NCBI GenBank assembly: GCA_001662655.1
Contig: KV460232.1
DNA length: 64,000 nucleotides
Strand: one strand, 5' to 3'
DNA from: Pseudogymnoascus verrucosus
Taxonomy: Eukaryota
The position numbers were made by a program, and so were the translations under genes. Below are positions 33,310-46,255 of this stretch, in pieces. The number at the start of each line of letters is the position of its first letter. Position 1 is the stretch's first letter. The notes under the pieces are model-generated. The model saw nothing but the letters and a program-made list of their open reading frames with translations. It ran no database searches and was not told the origin of the DNA.

Positions 33310-36300
33310 ATGGCATCCAATTCAGTAGAGGTCTATGACCTCCTCATTTTGGTTGATGCTACTTATTCCATGTCTTCATATCTCCATTCTCTCCAAACAT
33401 CTCTACCGCAAATTATTTCCATAACAACCGTCACCGATTGCTTCTCGCGGATAGGTCTGCTCGCATACCGCGACTACTGCGACATAAACCTGCTAGAGTG
33501 GTCAGGATGGCTCTCTCCGTCATCTTTGTCGGATGAGAAGCAGCCGGATTTGATTGCCAAAGCAAAGAGCCTCGAACCTATAGGCGGAGGCGACATGCCC
33601 GAAGCTACCAAGACCGGGTTGGCAAGGGCGTACGAGCTCATGAGACCCGATGCGACGACTATCATTCTCCTCTACACCGATGCCCCCCCGCATACCTTTG
33701 CGAATGGCTCAATGAAAGAGAGCTGCTCGCACTTGCGCAATGAGCAAATAGCCCTTAGCAATCCAAATGACAAGAAAGGGCTTTGGCGGGCCATCACAGA
33801 TGGTGTTTCCAAACCCAAATGGGCCAATGCCGCACCAGTATCATACGGAGGTTTCGGCCATAACTTTGCAGATTGGGTTTCCGCATCCAAATGGCTGTCC
33901 AAGCGTTCTGGAGACAAGAAAGCTCAGGTATTCTGTGTCCTTGACCATAGTATGAACTGTGACACTGTTGGTTACTACAATTACCTATCAACGATGACTG
34001 GAGGGGCCTGTTTCCGCCTAACTGACTCTGGATCTACTTCAATTTCACAGTTGACGGTTGAGGTGCTGTTGGCCTGGATGGGAGTTGAGAAAGCTCAACT
34101 CGTAACGCCCGTCGGACTTCTTCCAGCGCATATGTTGCGGTACAAATCTGTTGAGAAAATAGAGACGCTCGTAGACGAGAAGGATCCCAATGCAGCCCCA
34201 TTCTTCTTGTCTGATAAATCCGACAAGAAGTTCGGGCCTTCTACAGTCACCGAGCTTCGAGTAACCGCAGACACTCTCGAATCGTATCTTCCAAAGAAAT
34301 CGACACCTGTTCAGGACTTTGCCAAGCGGTATACAGAAAACCCGCAGTACAGGAAGACTGCCTTTGAAGAGGTCGGGAAACTCATACGTGATGATGTCTC
34401 TGCGATATCTCTTAACCCTGTATTCGGCTCACTGTGGAGGGTTGTCTCCAGTGACCGAAAGAATCCTTATCGAGATGAAATAATCACCGCATTCGGCCGT
34501 CAGGTGGACAAGATACAAAATGCTGACGAGAAGGCTCGCATGAAGATTTGGCTCGAGGAGTCATACGACTTCACTGCTGAGGCGATGGAGACCATTGCAT
34601 CAGTGCCAAAAGAACTGCGTTTCCCCTGTGTTTGCCTCGACCCAACAATAGTATTCACACAGGAGGCCGACGACGACGAGGAGGAGGAAAACAAGCCAAT
34701 CACTTCCCTCCAGCGAAAAGATCTTCTTGAAATCGGCCGCTCCTGCGACTATCGCATACTCCGCCGACTTGGCCGAGTCCTGACACGCCTCACGTATATC
34801 AACTCGGTAGAGGAGATGCCGGCTCACATTGCTGCCACGTCGGAGGTGCAGATTCCTAGAATTCCTATGGCCTTGGCGTCGGAGGAATATAACAACTATT
34901 TCTGGCGGATTCTACTCCACATTGTGGTGCCAGGGACGATGCTTTCTTCCAGACCCGCAGCATTACTCGCCGCATTGAGCATTCAACTAGGCCTTGAGCC
35001 GCTCTTGCAAGTTGCTAACCGTGAGATGATGCGTTGGCGGGATAAGTGGAATGACTTGGATATTCCTGAGACATGGAATACGAGCTGTCTAGGACTATTG
35101 CTCGATGCCGATGATGCATATCAGAAGAGAGAGGCAGAGGAGCAAGGAACACAAGTAAGCATCTACCTACTATGCGAAGACGAACCTCCCGCAAAACGTC
35201 TTTGCCTTGAAAATTCATCACTAACATACCATTTAAAGGCAAATGAGACCGATACGTCGGATAAGAGGCTGCTAAACCCCCAGGATCGCGCGCTCTTCGA
35301 ACGACTCGTATCGTACAAAATGCTCGAGTTCAACTTGGAGACAACCCTGCGACCACAAATCGGATGGACCCCCGAAAAGACCACGGTGGCAATGGGCCCA
35401 ACCGTCATCTGTGTAGCATGCGAGTACCCACGTTCAATCACGATAATGGGCGTAGATGGCAAATGCGGAAAGTGCCTCTGGGCTGATTACGCCACCCCAG
35501 AAGCTCGCCAGGAGGCCATAACAGTGAACGCCACGAAGCAAGACGATGAGACGACGCCGATAACTTGGGTTGAATGCGGTCAGAGTACCTGCCGTGCACA
35601 ATATGTCGTTTATAACCCGGCGAAACTGTCGATCAAACCAAAATGTCACTATTGTAGGGAACATGGCAAGGCGCCTGTGCTCGAGTGCTCGAAGTGCTTG
35701 AACAGGGTAATATGGCCTGAAGCGTATCGTCCTGCCGACATGGGGGATTTCACATGTTACGCCTGCACAGCTGGGGTGGGAACTATTGTTGGGGTGGAAA
35801 CAAATGCCCTCGAGATATCAAAGGAAAGCAACACCGATTGGCTCCTCCGCAACGAGGGTAGCAAGATTTCAGCCCCCTTCACCAAGCGCTCACTCTTCAA
35901 AACAATCACAGAGGCCGGCATCAAAGACTTCGTCGAGAAAGTCGAACCGCTCCCTTCCACATCCCAAAGCGACCTCACACTCCACGGCAAGCTCATCCGC
36001 AACACCCCCTCCATCGTCGCAGAACTCCGCTCCTGGGTCCTCCGCCGCAAAACCGAATCCGGTACTTGCTCCCTCTGCTTCGTCTCTTTCAAGAAATGCA
36101 ATCTCATCGCCTCCTGTGGCCGCACCGGATGTTCTCAGCGCGTATGCAAAGGTTGCCTGGCTCATTGGTACGGACTCAATGTCGCGGGGGGTCTCATCAA
36201 CATCGCCGCCCTCTCGTGCGCATTCTGCCGGCGCAGACCAGTCGCCAAGACGTTTGCGAAGCATGGGTTTGGCATCCACGCTGTTGTTGGGCTGGAAAAT

Positions 36301-36630
36301 GCGGTGAAGGAGGCGGGGGAATGGATATACGCTTGGTGCGAGGGGTGTGGGGTGGCCAAGCAGTATATGCAGCGGGTTTGTGCGAATGGGGCGCCGGAGG
36401 AGGTGAAGAATTGGAAGTGTGGAGAGTGTGAGACGGCGAAGGAGGAGGGGAGGTTTAAGTCGTGTCCGGGGTGTACGACGATGGTGGAGAAGGCGGATGG
36501 GTGTGATCATATTACGTGTACGGTTGAAGGGTGCGAGACGGAGTGGTGTTTTGTTTGTAGGGGGGTGTTTGATGAGGAGACGATTTATGGGCATATGGAG
36601 GAGGAGCATGGGGGGTATGGTGATGAGTAG
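33310..36630 (+). CDS. vWA-domain protein with Cys-rich zinc fingers and a C-terminal RBR-type RING2/IBR module
   Basis: LVDATYSM, GLLAYRDY, GGGDMPEA, YTDAPPH; C-terminal CSLC..C..CKGC..CAFC and KSCPGC..VEKADGCDHITC..C..EWCFVC. Probable in-frame intron 35155-35238. Confidence 0.85.
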   Translation: MASNSVEVYDLLILVDATYSMSSYLHSLQTSLPQIISITTVTDCFSRIGLLAYRDYCDINLLEWSGWLSPSSLSDEKQPDLIAKAKSLEPIGGGDMPEATKTGLARAYELMRPDATTIILLYTDAPPHTFANGSMKESCSHLRNEQIALSNPNDKKGLWRAITDGVSKPKWANAAPVSYGGFGHNFADWVSASKWLSKRSGDKKAQVFCVLDHSMNCDTVGYYNYLSTMTGGACFRLTDSGSTSISQLTVEVLLAWMGVEKAQLVTPVGLLPAHMLRYKSVEKIETLVDEKDPNAAPFFLSDKSDKKFGPSTVTELRVTADTLESYLPKKSTPVQDFAKRYTENPQYRKTAFEEVGKLIRDDVSAISLNPVFGSLWRVVSSDRKNPYRDEIITAFGRQVDKIQNADEKARMKIWLEESYDFTAEAMETIASVPKELRFPCVCLDPTIVFTQEADDDEEEENKPITSLQRKDLLEIGRSCDYRILRRLGRVLTRLTYINSVEEMPAHIAATSEVQIPRIPMALASEEYNNYFWRILLHIVVPGTMLSSRPAALLAALSIQLGLEPLLQVANREMMRWRDKWNDLDIPETWNTSCLGLLLDADDAYQKREAEEQGTQVSIYLLCEDEPPAKRLCLENSSLTYHLKANETDTSDKRLLNPQDRALFERLVSYKMLEFNLETTLRPQIGWTPEKTTVAMGPTVICVACEYPRSITIMGVDGKCGKCLWADYATPEARQEAITVNATKQDDETTPITWVECGQSTCRAQYVVYNPAKLSIKPKCHYCREHGKAPVLECSKCLNRVIWPEAYRPADMGDFTCYACTAGVGTIVGVETNALEISKESNTDWLLRNEGSKISAPFTKRSLFKTITEAGIKDFVEKVEPLPSTSQSDLTLHGKLIRNTPSIVAELRSWVLRRKTESGTCSLCFVSFKKCNLIASCGRTGCSQRVCKGCLAHWYGLNVAGGLINIAALSCAFCRRRPVAKTFAKHGFGIHAVVGLENAVKEAGEWIYAWCEGCGVAKQYMQRVCANGAPEEVKNWKCGECETAKEEGRFKSCPGCTTMVEKADGCDHITCTVEGCETEWCFVCRGVFDEETIYGHMEEEHGGYGDE

Positions 36631-38372
36631 AGGATTTCTAGGGTTAATGGGTGTTGGGGTTGCGTTATCTGTTATATACCCCTAATAACTGTTGTAATCT
36701 TTGCTTTGGATGTATTGCGTATTTGGTGACGTGCAAGTGATAATCGAGGCAGAAGATTATGAATATATAACAGAACGGCATCCAAAGAGTTCGGACTACT
36801 GGACACCGCATGCAACGATCATTCAGATACGTGGTGTTCGAACGCGTGTGTGGACAGCCCATTGCCACCCGAAGATTCGCCCATACCAGACCAGGAGCAG
36901 CATATCGGAACCACCAACGAAGTCTAAGAAGGCAAGGTGAGAATGAGTAACGGTGACAAGAAGAGATGTGGCTAAGAAGGAAAGGAGACGAGAAGAAATA
37001 GCGACAAAAAATGGTAGCATGACAAGAAGTAAACGTCGTCTACTGCATCCCTCCGTAATTGCATTTCAGTGCAATCAGTGATAGCAAGCCCCCTTTGGTA
37101 GCGCTCGCGGCAAACGTCCCATTCCCATATGCCCATTTAGCGCTCATTTGATACCTACCGGGTTATACGTGCGGGAGTCAATCTACTTATTCGTATCTGC
37201 AAATATTGAGATCATAACGTTTTTAAAGCGACGCACTTGCAGATCAGCTTCTTATGACGCCTCAGTTCGCTCCTGTCCACGTACATACAGGTACAGCCCA
37301 CCCCCTTCCTCCCCCAGCATGGCCAAGCCATTCGCTACCTTCTTCTTCTTCGCCACCATCATCTCCGCCTCCTACAATATCTCCTCCAAATATCCCATCA
37401 CATCTCCAATGCTCTCAAGAATCGCCGATGCATCACCCCCGCCGCCCTCAAAAATCGAATTCAGATCACCACTTATAGAAAAAACTACGGCCCAACTATC
37501 AACACCTTCACTCCGGCCGGTAGGATATTATAAAAACCAGCCACCGCAGCGCCCTAGTGTACAGCCAGCTACTAGACAAAACTCTGCTGAGACATCCCTC
37601 GATACGGAGAAGATCAAACTCATCTACCTCGTCGTTGTGGCGATTCGCGAACTAAGATGGCTTTCTGGGTGATGATGATGAGTGGTGTGTGGTGAGAAAC
37701 AGCAGCTGGAGCAGTTGTGACAGTGGGGATATGGCGACAGCAAGAATACAACGACAGCAAAATATATCGACAGCAACAATATATCTACAGCAAGAACACA
37801 CCCACCCGACAGCAGGATCATCTCATAACTCCCCACTCCCCCACGCCCACTCCCACAACTGCCAAATCGCACAAACTCCGTTCAACCACGACGGCAGGAG
37901 TAGAATGCCATATCTGGTATATTCCGTGTGATACCCATCTAGAGACGGTGATGTTCGTCGAGGGCGTGGGGGTATATATACCCTCCAGGTTGCCTGTCAC
38001 AGCGCATCTCTTCAACATCATCATCCTACATATTCAGATCCCTTGGAAATCCACTCCAACTCCAGATCACTTGCTCCAAGAAAGTTGAGGTTTGTTCAAA
38101 TGATATTACTTTTCTTTTCTTTCCATATTATATAACCCCCATCTATGTAAAACCCCGCCATTAGAGTGGATATGTTAGCCCCCTAAACCCCTATTACCCA
38201 ATGCCCCCAAATACGCCCATCCCCTTCTTCACCCAACGAACCCATTCTACCCGCCAAAGAAATTACACAAATAAAAATGTAACCCAAGGGATATATGTGA
38301 ACCAAAAACCCGCTCTATAAACACAAAAAAAAGAAAATGGCAGGCAGATAGCCTAAAAAAAATGAGTGGAAA

Positions 38373-40247
38373 TTAAACCACAGTATCAACCTCAGCAGCC
38401 TTGACCGACTCAGCCTTCTCCGCCTTCTCAACAGGGCTAGCAGCAGGCTTAGCCTTCATACTCTTCCACTCCACCCCAACGGCACCGAGGATGCTCAAAC
38501 AGCTCAGAATCAAACCAAGCTGGAATGTCTTCATAATCGCCGCATTATACGCTACCAGCACCTCTGGGAGTCTCTCCGGGGCAACCATGTGGCGCAAGTT
38601 CGTCGCGCCGGCGTGGACAATATCATTCGGGTCGAAGTTCGGGATGTGGAGCGCAGTAAGGTTCTTAACCAGGTTGGTGGTGAAGAGATTCTGCGCTACG
38701 CCGACGAAGACTGCTCCACCCAGGATCTGGACGAAGAGAACGACTGCGGTGCCAATCGGGACATCGGAGAATTTCAACACGGCTTGAGCAGCGACGCCAC
38801 CCTGTTGGAAACCGAGACCCACGCCGAGACCGTAGATGAATTGGAACCCGACCCACGCGCCCTTCGAGGAGTCGACTTTAAGAAGGGTGAGCAGACCGGC
38901 ACCAATGGACATGACGACGCTGCTAGCAATGAAGAAGGGTGCGAAGTAGCCGAAGTAGGTGACGAGGCCGCCGGAAACGATGATAGCGAAGACCTGTGCG
39001 AGGATGAGGGGGAGGGAGTCGACGCCAGCGCCGATGGCGCTGGTTCCTAGAATGGCCTGGAACCAGATGGGGATGAAGTAGACGTAGATGAAGAAGGAAC
39101 CGCCGATGCAGAGACCGAAGAGGACTGAGGAGGCGATGGTGCGCTGGGAGGCGATGCGCGCGGGGACGGTGGCGTCGTCTTTGAGGTAGATCTGGAGACC
39201 GATGAAGACCATGATTGTGAGGCCGAAGAGGACGAATAAGGCGATGATGCGGCCGTTACCCCACTCGTAGATCACGCCACCCCACTGCAGAGCGAGGAGG
39301 AGACAGATGATAGCAGGTACGAAAATAGCGGTTCCGAGAGGATCGAGGTGCTTGAAGGTGATCCAGAAAGACTGCTCCTTGCGCTTTGGCTTGGGCTTGA
39401 GCTTGAGGAAGGCGAGGAGTCCGACGGTGGTGACGGCGCCGATGGGGAGGTTGATGTAGAAACACCATCTCCAGGTGAGCTTCTCTGTGAATGCGCCGCC
39501 CATGAGCGGGCCAGCGACAGAGGCAATACCGTACATAGCGCCGATGAGACCGAAGAATGCGGGGCGTCTCTCGACGCGGACGGTGTGCGCGAGGACGACA
39601 AGGGCGCCGGTGAAGATACCAGCGCTACCGACGCCGGCGACGGCGCGGCCGATAATGAGGGCCATGGAGGTGGGGGCGAGGGCGCAGACGAGGGAGCCGA
39701 TCTCGAAGATGGCGAGGCCGGTGAGGAGCACCCATTTGACGTTGAACATGGAGTAGAACTTGCCGAAGAGGAGCTGGAAGGAGCAGGTGGTTAGGAGGTA
39801 GGCGGAACCGTACCAGCCGACGTCGTTGAGGTTGTGGAATTGATCTGTGATGCGGGGGATGGCGACGGCGATGATCTGGGGGGGGGGTTAGTGAGAGTCC
39901 ACAACTGCGGCCTTTCTTTTCTATTTGGGTAAACTCACGGTGTTGTCGAGGGCGACGCAGAAGACGGCCATCATTAAGCTGAAGACGATGAGGTAGAGTT
40001 TAGGGCCCATGGGGAGGTAGTCGGCCGCATCGTCGTCGGCGAGCTCTTCAGACTTATTGTCGTCGACATCGAGGGCAGCGGCATCTTTCTCATCCGTCTC
40101 CATGGCGATATCCTTCTCATTCGCATTCGCCAATTCAGCCTTTGCAGCCTCAACTGAAGTCAGCGAAGTGGTAGTTGCAGTTTCGTGGCCGGACTCCTTT
40201 GCGTAGGCGGGGACATAGACCGACTGGCCTTCGACTTGGGACGTCAT
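38373..40247 (-). CDS. 14-TM MFS drug/toxin efflux pump (DHA2; AflT/ToxA-like)
   Basis: ALDNT/IIAVAIPRIT across intron 39876-39938, DVGWYGSAYLL, WRWCFYINLPIG, PIWFQAI. Confidence 0.93.
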
Positions 40248-42410
40248 TGCAAGGCAAGGCAGGTGAGAGTCTGATTGTTTGTTGAATTATCCTGATGAAC
40301 TACGAACAGAGAAAAAAAAGAAATCAGATTACAGGTGCCATGCCGCCTCCTATTATAGAACAAAGGATCATGGTTAGAAGTGGAGTTAACCATCTGCGCC
40401 AGATCCATTACAGGGCGCGGATTTAAGAGTCAGCCTCTTTTTCGCTCCGGAGACAAGAAACAGACAAGGCTACTGGAAATTATAGAGGTCCGCGTACATT
40501 TTTCAAACGTACCCCCTGACGTCTGCCTCGCGGCTAGACCCGATACGGACAAGTGGGGGTAGGTTGAGATGGTGATGGGATTGACTGGTGGCCAATGAGA
40601 AGCCTAGAAGTGGATAGGATGTGGATTATTAATGGGCAGGGACAATCATGACAATCAGGACTACCATGGGGGAATACTCTGAACTCCCCATAATTATACC
40701 GCTAGTCCCCTTTCGTCGATTCCTTTACACTTTTCCTCGCTGCGGCGCGGATTTTACTGAAGTCCCGTGGCACCGGAGCGCAGCGATTGGCTGGCCCTAA
40801 CCGCATGGATGACCAATTTCTCGACGCCAAGCGACCAAGTGAGCAGTCGGGGCAAGTTTGGACCCGACAATTTCCTGCTAACCTCCGCTAATCTCTGCCA
40901 ATCTGTCAATCAGAGGCTTCTTTACACCTCCTGAGATCACGTGAAGACGCGTGTGGGCGCACGGGACGCACACAGCTGTAACCTACATACTGCAACCGAC
41001 ATATTGTACATGTTGTAGAGGCCAATATTGTATTGTATGCGCAATACTGTTATGCGCCTGATATGTTATATTCCTCCGTCCCCGGCGGAGAGATAGATGA
41101 TGATGATGATGATGATACAAACACTGCCTAGAATCACAACAACACCATGCTGTGTGCTGCACAATATGCATACCACCCACTCTACTCTACATCCCAACCA
41201 AGATGATCTCCATCCCCAATCCTCAATTCACCCGATCGTGAACCACCAAATGTGACTTCCAGGAGCCTACGCCTACATACCACGCATTGCGTAACCTAAC
41301 ACTACCTACCACTACCTACACTTACACCTTCATACACCCTTCGTATCGCAGTCGTCCACTCACCTCACCGCAACCAAACCCTAACCCCCGACATTCCCCG
41401 ACCGCCTGACTCCCTGACCGGCGAACACCCACCACGTGGCGGCCATGTATTTCACGGCGGTAAGCGAACCCAACATCAAATGTGAGACAGTAGCACAGCA
41501 CTGCAGTACTATTTACGGTAGGGCAGTGAGACAGCCAAGACTCGAAAAGAAGATGAGAAACAGGGCTCGCTTGGGGGTTTGCGGCTTTGGGGCTATTGCG
41601 GGAATGGAGCGGGTTTAGGTATTGCGGGATTGGCTATTGCGGGTTTAGCATTGGGATTGGTGAAAGGGTGGGAAGATGAGGTGGGGGGGATTAAGTCCGA
41701 GACAGATCGGGGATAACTTATGTGTGCACGGCGATATCTACGGCGATATGAGATGGATGGGGGTTTGTTCGTGATTTACCTTATTCGTATTTATGGTAGC
41801 CTATGCACAGACATACCTACAATTCAAGAGAGGGGGGGAAGATGCGTTGATACGAACGAGCAAGTATACTTACTTCAATAAAAAAAGTTCTGATATGAAG
41901 ACGGGAGTGGGATGGGACGGAGCCGAGTCAGCTGTCAAGTGTCAACTGTCAGTAGTTAACTTCCGCGATTTGGCGGACCTAGTGCTGATGCTTACGTGTG
42001 CTGGGTGGTGGTTGGTGGCTGGTGAGGTGAGGTGAGGTGATGACGAAGCGGATTGTGCCTGGGTGAGTGGGTAGTGAGAGAGAGGAGGGTTGGAGGTGAG
42101 TGTTTATTGTGTATCGCGTTTATTTGGTGGGAGGGTGCTGTTGGTACTATTCTGTCTATCAAGAACTCGTCATTGTCATATCTACCTAACCATCAACTCT
42201 GTCAATAGCCCTTTGTCACCATTCCTCACCACCCATCAACCCTTCATCATATCTACCCCCAATCACTCTCCCCTTCATCACATTCCTCATCGACCTTAAT
42301 CACCACTCCTCACCCCTCACTCCCCATCAACACCTCAAAACAATTTTACATCCCCTCTATCAACCCCCATTTTCACTTCCCCTCCCCATATCCCCATCAA
42401 CGCCTCATAC

Positions 42411-44243
42411 TCACTTCCCCTCCCCCTCCCCCTTACCACCCTCCTTCCCCCTAACCGGCGAAGAAAGCACCGTAATCTGCAAAATCGCCGCCCTCTCCTC
42501 CCTACTCAGCTTCACCTGCGGCTCCCCCTCATCCGTCTCCACATAGCTCGGCAGCCTCTCCATGCGCTCCGGTGGGATCGCCGTAGAAGTGCTAGAGTTG
42601 CTGGAGATAGAGGTGCTGGAGATAGAGGCGGATGTAGAAGAGGTGGTGTTGGAGGTCCTGGTTGAGGAGGGTCGATCGTCTGAGGCGCCGTCGTAGCCGA
42701 GGAGATGGAGTTTGGCTGTTGCGCCTGCGAGGGTTTGGGCTGTGCGGTCGTTGGTGGTTGAGGGTTGGGGGGGAATTATGCCTTTCTCGGCCTTCTCCTT
42801 TGCTTGCTTCTGAGCATCAACCTTACCCTCGGTATGGGCTGGGGCTGCGTTCTCGGGCTGGATTGTGACCTCTTTGGTGTTCTCTTCCTGAGGCTGCGGA
42901 GTATCCTTCTCAGCCTCATCCTTCACTTGCTGAGCTTCAACCTCACTCTCGTTCACTCCATCAACCTCCCCCCTCAACTGCCTCCTCCCCGCCTCCGTCT
43001 CCCAAATCTCCGCCCCCACCAACTCCTCCCCCCACCCCTCCCCCTCCACCTCCTCAACCCCCTCAACATCAACCTCAACAACCATCTCATTCACATACCC
43101 CTCCACCCCCGCCACCTCTGTCATCCAATCCACAATCCCCTTAAAATGTCTCGGAAACACACTCTCCTCCGCCACCTCGACAGGGAGTCCATAGACATTC
43201 ATCCCATACCCCCACTGCCATGCCTCTCTCCCGCCGTCTGGGCCAAATACTCCCATTCCCGGAGGGGACTCAGACATGATGTATCCACGAGATCGCTCTA
43301 GCAAGAACGTTTTGAATCCGGAGTCTTGATTCACCTTGCTGTCGTGGAAGGGAAATACGCAGGCTAGACTTTGCATTCTCCCGCCCAGCTGCTCCCAATT
43401 CTCATCAAGGACTTCACAAACATACCTAGCGCTGTCGGCGATGGCGATGACGTCCAACTTCCCGCCCTCCTTGCACAGCGCGGGTACGACGGTGGATAGG
43501 AGGTACGAAATATGCGCCTTCTGATCCCTATTCCCCTCAACCGTATTCACAGCCGGTTCATAAAGCGGCGCATCATGCACGGCCGACTCTCTCGTCTGGG
43601 AATCCCAAGACACCCTCGTCATCGCCTTTCCCTGTCGTCTATTCCAGCGCAACTTCCCACAGTTCGCCAAGATAACAGCTGGGCGACCCGCCTGGTTGTG
43701 CACGTACTTGACGAAATCGACGCAGGAGCCGGCGTTGATGCCGCCGTGGCCGCCGATGATGCGCAGGGCCAGGATGCCGAGGTCTTGGACTGAGTCGCCG
43801 AGGAGGAGGAGGGTGCGGGGGGTGGTGGAGGTGTGGGTGGAGGCGAGGATGGGGATGTGGGGGGCTGAGGTTGCGACTCCGAGGGGGAGGAGGTGGGTTT
43901 GCATGCCCTCTGCGGCAAGGCGCGAGGAGACGATTTCGCGGATTGCGGCTATTTTGGGTGTGAGCTTGTGGTTATGATGGGAGAATGGTGGGGGGACAAA
44001 CTATTCATACTCTCTCGCTGGCGCTCGTTGTAGCGCTCGGTGCGGTTGATGAAGTATTTGAAGTAATACTTTGGGTTTTCGATGCTGCGGATCTCGTCGT
44101 CGTCGTTGACGAAGTAGCTAAAGAGGGTGGAGATTAAAATTGTGTGATCGGGGTGAGGTTGGGGTGATAACGTACCCGAGCTGCTTTAGATCGGTTGGGT
44201 ATTCCGGGTCTTTTGGAAGACCGTGGGGGAGGAGTCGGAACAT
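42411..44243 (-). CDS. Arb2-domain protein with acidic low-complexity tail
   Basis: Spliced N-terminus MFRLLPHGLPKDPEYPTDLKQLG/YFVNDDDEIRSIENP..YNERQR, QDLGILALR..GINAGS. Confidence 0.7.
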
Positions 44244-44982
44244 GGTTGCTGGTTAAATGGGTTTGGAGTGGAGTTAGGTTGTGTTGATATGAGGAAAGGT
44301 TGGTTGTTGATGTTGTAGGAAGGTGTGTGTGAGAAGTCAGGAGTTTGTGGGGGGACTTCTTTGAAGTTGAAGCTGTGAAAGGTGTTTCAATTCATGTGAG
44401 GTGTGAGACAAGATGTGCACCGATCCTGGAATTGATCTTCTGAAGTAGAATGTGTCAGTGAGTTGGAGTGAAAGGAAAGGTGATGAAGTGAAACATGGTT
44501 GATTATGAAGGGAAATTCAAGGTCAACGGTGACAATTTGTCAAAATATTGACCTTGCCGTTCGTAGAAATGCCACAAGAAGAATTTGGCGTCCTAGGCAC
44601 CTGAAATATACACCCACAACAAAGCGAAATTGTGAACAAAACGTGTCTGCCCAAACACCAAAGGGTGAATTGTTTGTGACTACGATATGCCATTGCCGAC
44701 ACCTGAGCACCTCAAGAACCAGGACGCAAACGAAGAAGAAATCACAACCTTACCCAAACCTCTGGCAAATGCAAAACCAACACACAAAAGAACAGCCAAA
44801 GACGCACTTCCATGGGAGCAAAACAGCTACCTCCAGGAAATTCCACTCTTGATTGAAATTTTATTCATACATGTCCGTCTTTTAACGCCTCCCCCCAAAT
44901 GCATACATATATACACACATTGATATACAACTGATCGTCCTCCAACCAGATATCCCACCCCCTCTTTCTCCCCCAATTCAAT

Positions 44983-45486
44983 CTACCAACTCGCCTTCTT
45001 CACCCCCGGAACATCGCCCCGAAGTGCGTGCATACGGAAGACGTACTATAACGCGCACAAAGTCAGCATCCCATCTCCTCACCACCACCAATGGCACCAA
45101 AAAACACATACCCTCGACATCTTAAAGGCCCTCAAGACACCCCGTCCCTTTCCTCCCTCAATACAGCGGTTTCGAATCTGCGTAGGGCGCGTGTAACAGT
45201 GCATCTGGGAGAGCTCGAGCTGTGCTTGGGCGCGCATGCGGCCGGGGAGCGTAGTGTTGCGGATGATGTAGCGGAGGGCTTGTCTGTAAGGCGCCAATTG
45301 TCAGCTGCTGGGTCCAATCATCCATCCATATTACTGTCTTTCGATCGCGGTGAGGAGAAGGAGTGGGCGTGGTCCGTACCTCTGCGTCTCGTTCTCGGCG
45401 AAGACCTTGCGCTTGGTGTGGTCCCGGATGACCTTGATGTTGATGAAGCAGCCGAGGTCGAGCTTCTTGGAGCGGAACATGGACAT
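44983..45486 (-). CDS. MRP2: Mitochondrial ribosomal protein uS14m
   Basis: Three exons: IRDHTKRKVF, IRNRCIEGGKGRGV, FRMHALRGDVPGVKKASW. Confidence 0.93.
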
Positions 45487-46255
45487 GATGGCGGTGGTGG
45501 GGGTGATGAGGATGACGGTGAGGGAGGAGGTGTCGTCGTCGTCGTCGTCGTTGAGGTGAAGGTAGGTGCCCCGGTATTTTTTGGTGATCAGCGCGCGGCG
45601 CCAAGCGTCAGAGCCTCGCCAAGCATTTTTATTGGGCAATGTGCCGCGGGGGTTTATGATACTTTGCGCTTTCCTCACGAATACTAGACTAGGTAATACA
45701 AGTACGCACTGGAGATATAAAAATATGGATTATTGAAGTGGCATGTGCTAAAGTTAAGTTTCGTCTGATCTGTATTTAACCTATATCACTCAATATATAT
45801 GCACACCCATATCCAAAATGTGACCTTGTGAAGCGTCGTACATGCGGGCCGCGAGTACTCAGTGACAACCCTCATACGCGTCAAAAGAGGTCGTCGGCCC
45901 GTTGAGTCCCAACGAGGAAATTCAGTTGGTGGGCCGCGCCTCAGTGGCTTTTGCGGCCACGAGTTTGCTGATTTGAGGCGTATTCGCGCCTGGCCTTCTC
46001 CAAGGCTATTCTGAGTGTTGAGCGTCCTAGAGCCTGATACAGTCATACCTTGTACTACAATAAGAACAATTCCTGCAACTCGTTCACCCCAATCACACAG
46101 TTCTACTTATCGTGGCGCCCAATAGTCGGAATATTGGCACATAACACGGTGTTTACAGCAATTATACTTCAAGTAGAAGCATTCAGTCCCCGAAGCGCAC
46201 AATTGACAAACCGAAGAAATACGGCAGCTAAAATCTCTCAGAGCATAACTGCAAA

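Noticed and set aside
35757..36609. Long antisense and alternate-frame ORFs here and over the MFS, RPN5 and niaD genes
   Set aside because: Shadows of GC-rich, codon-biased real genes.
37148..38088. ORFs of 174 and 123 aa between the vWA gene and the MFS pump
   Set aside because: Low complexity, no motifs and no convincing splice model; a small gene from ATG 37319 cannot be excluded.
38373..42400. Secondary-metabolite cluster around the AflT-like pump and its 2-kb upstream region
   Set aside because: No PKS, NRPS or tailoring genes adjacent; the upstream region shows only microsatellites.
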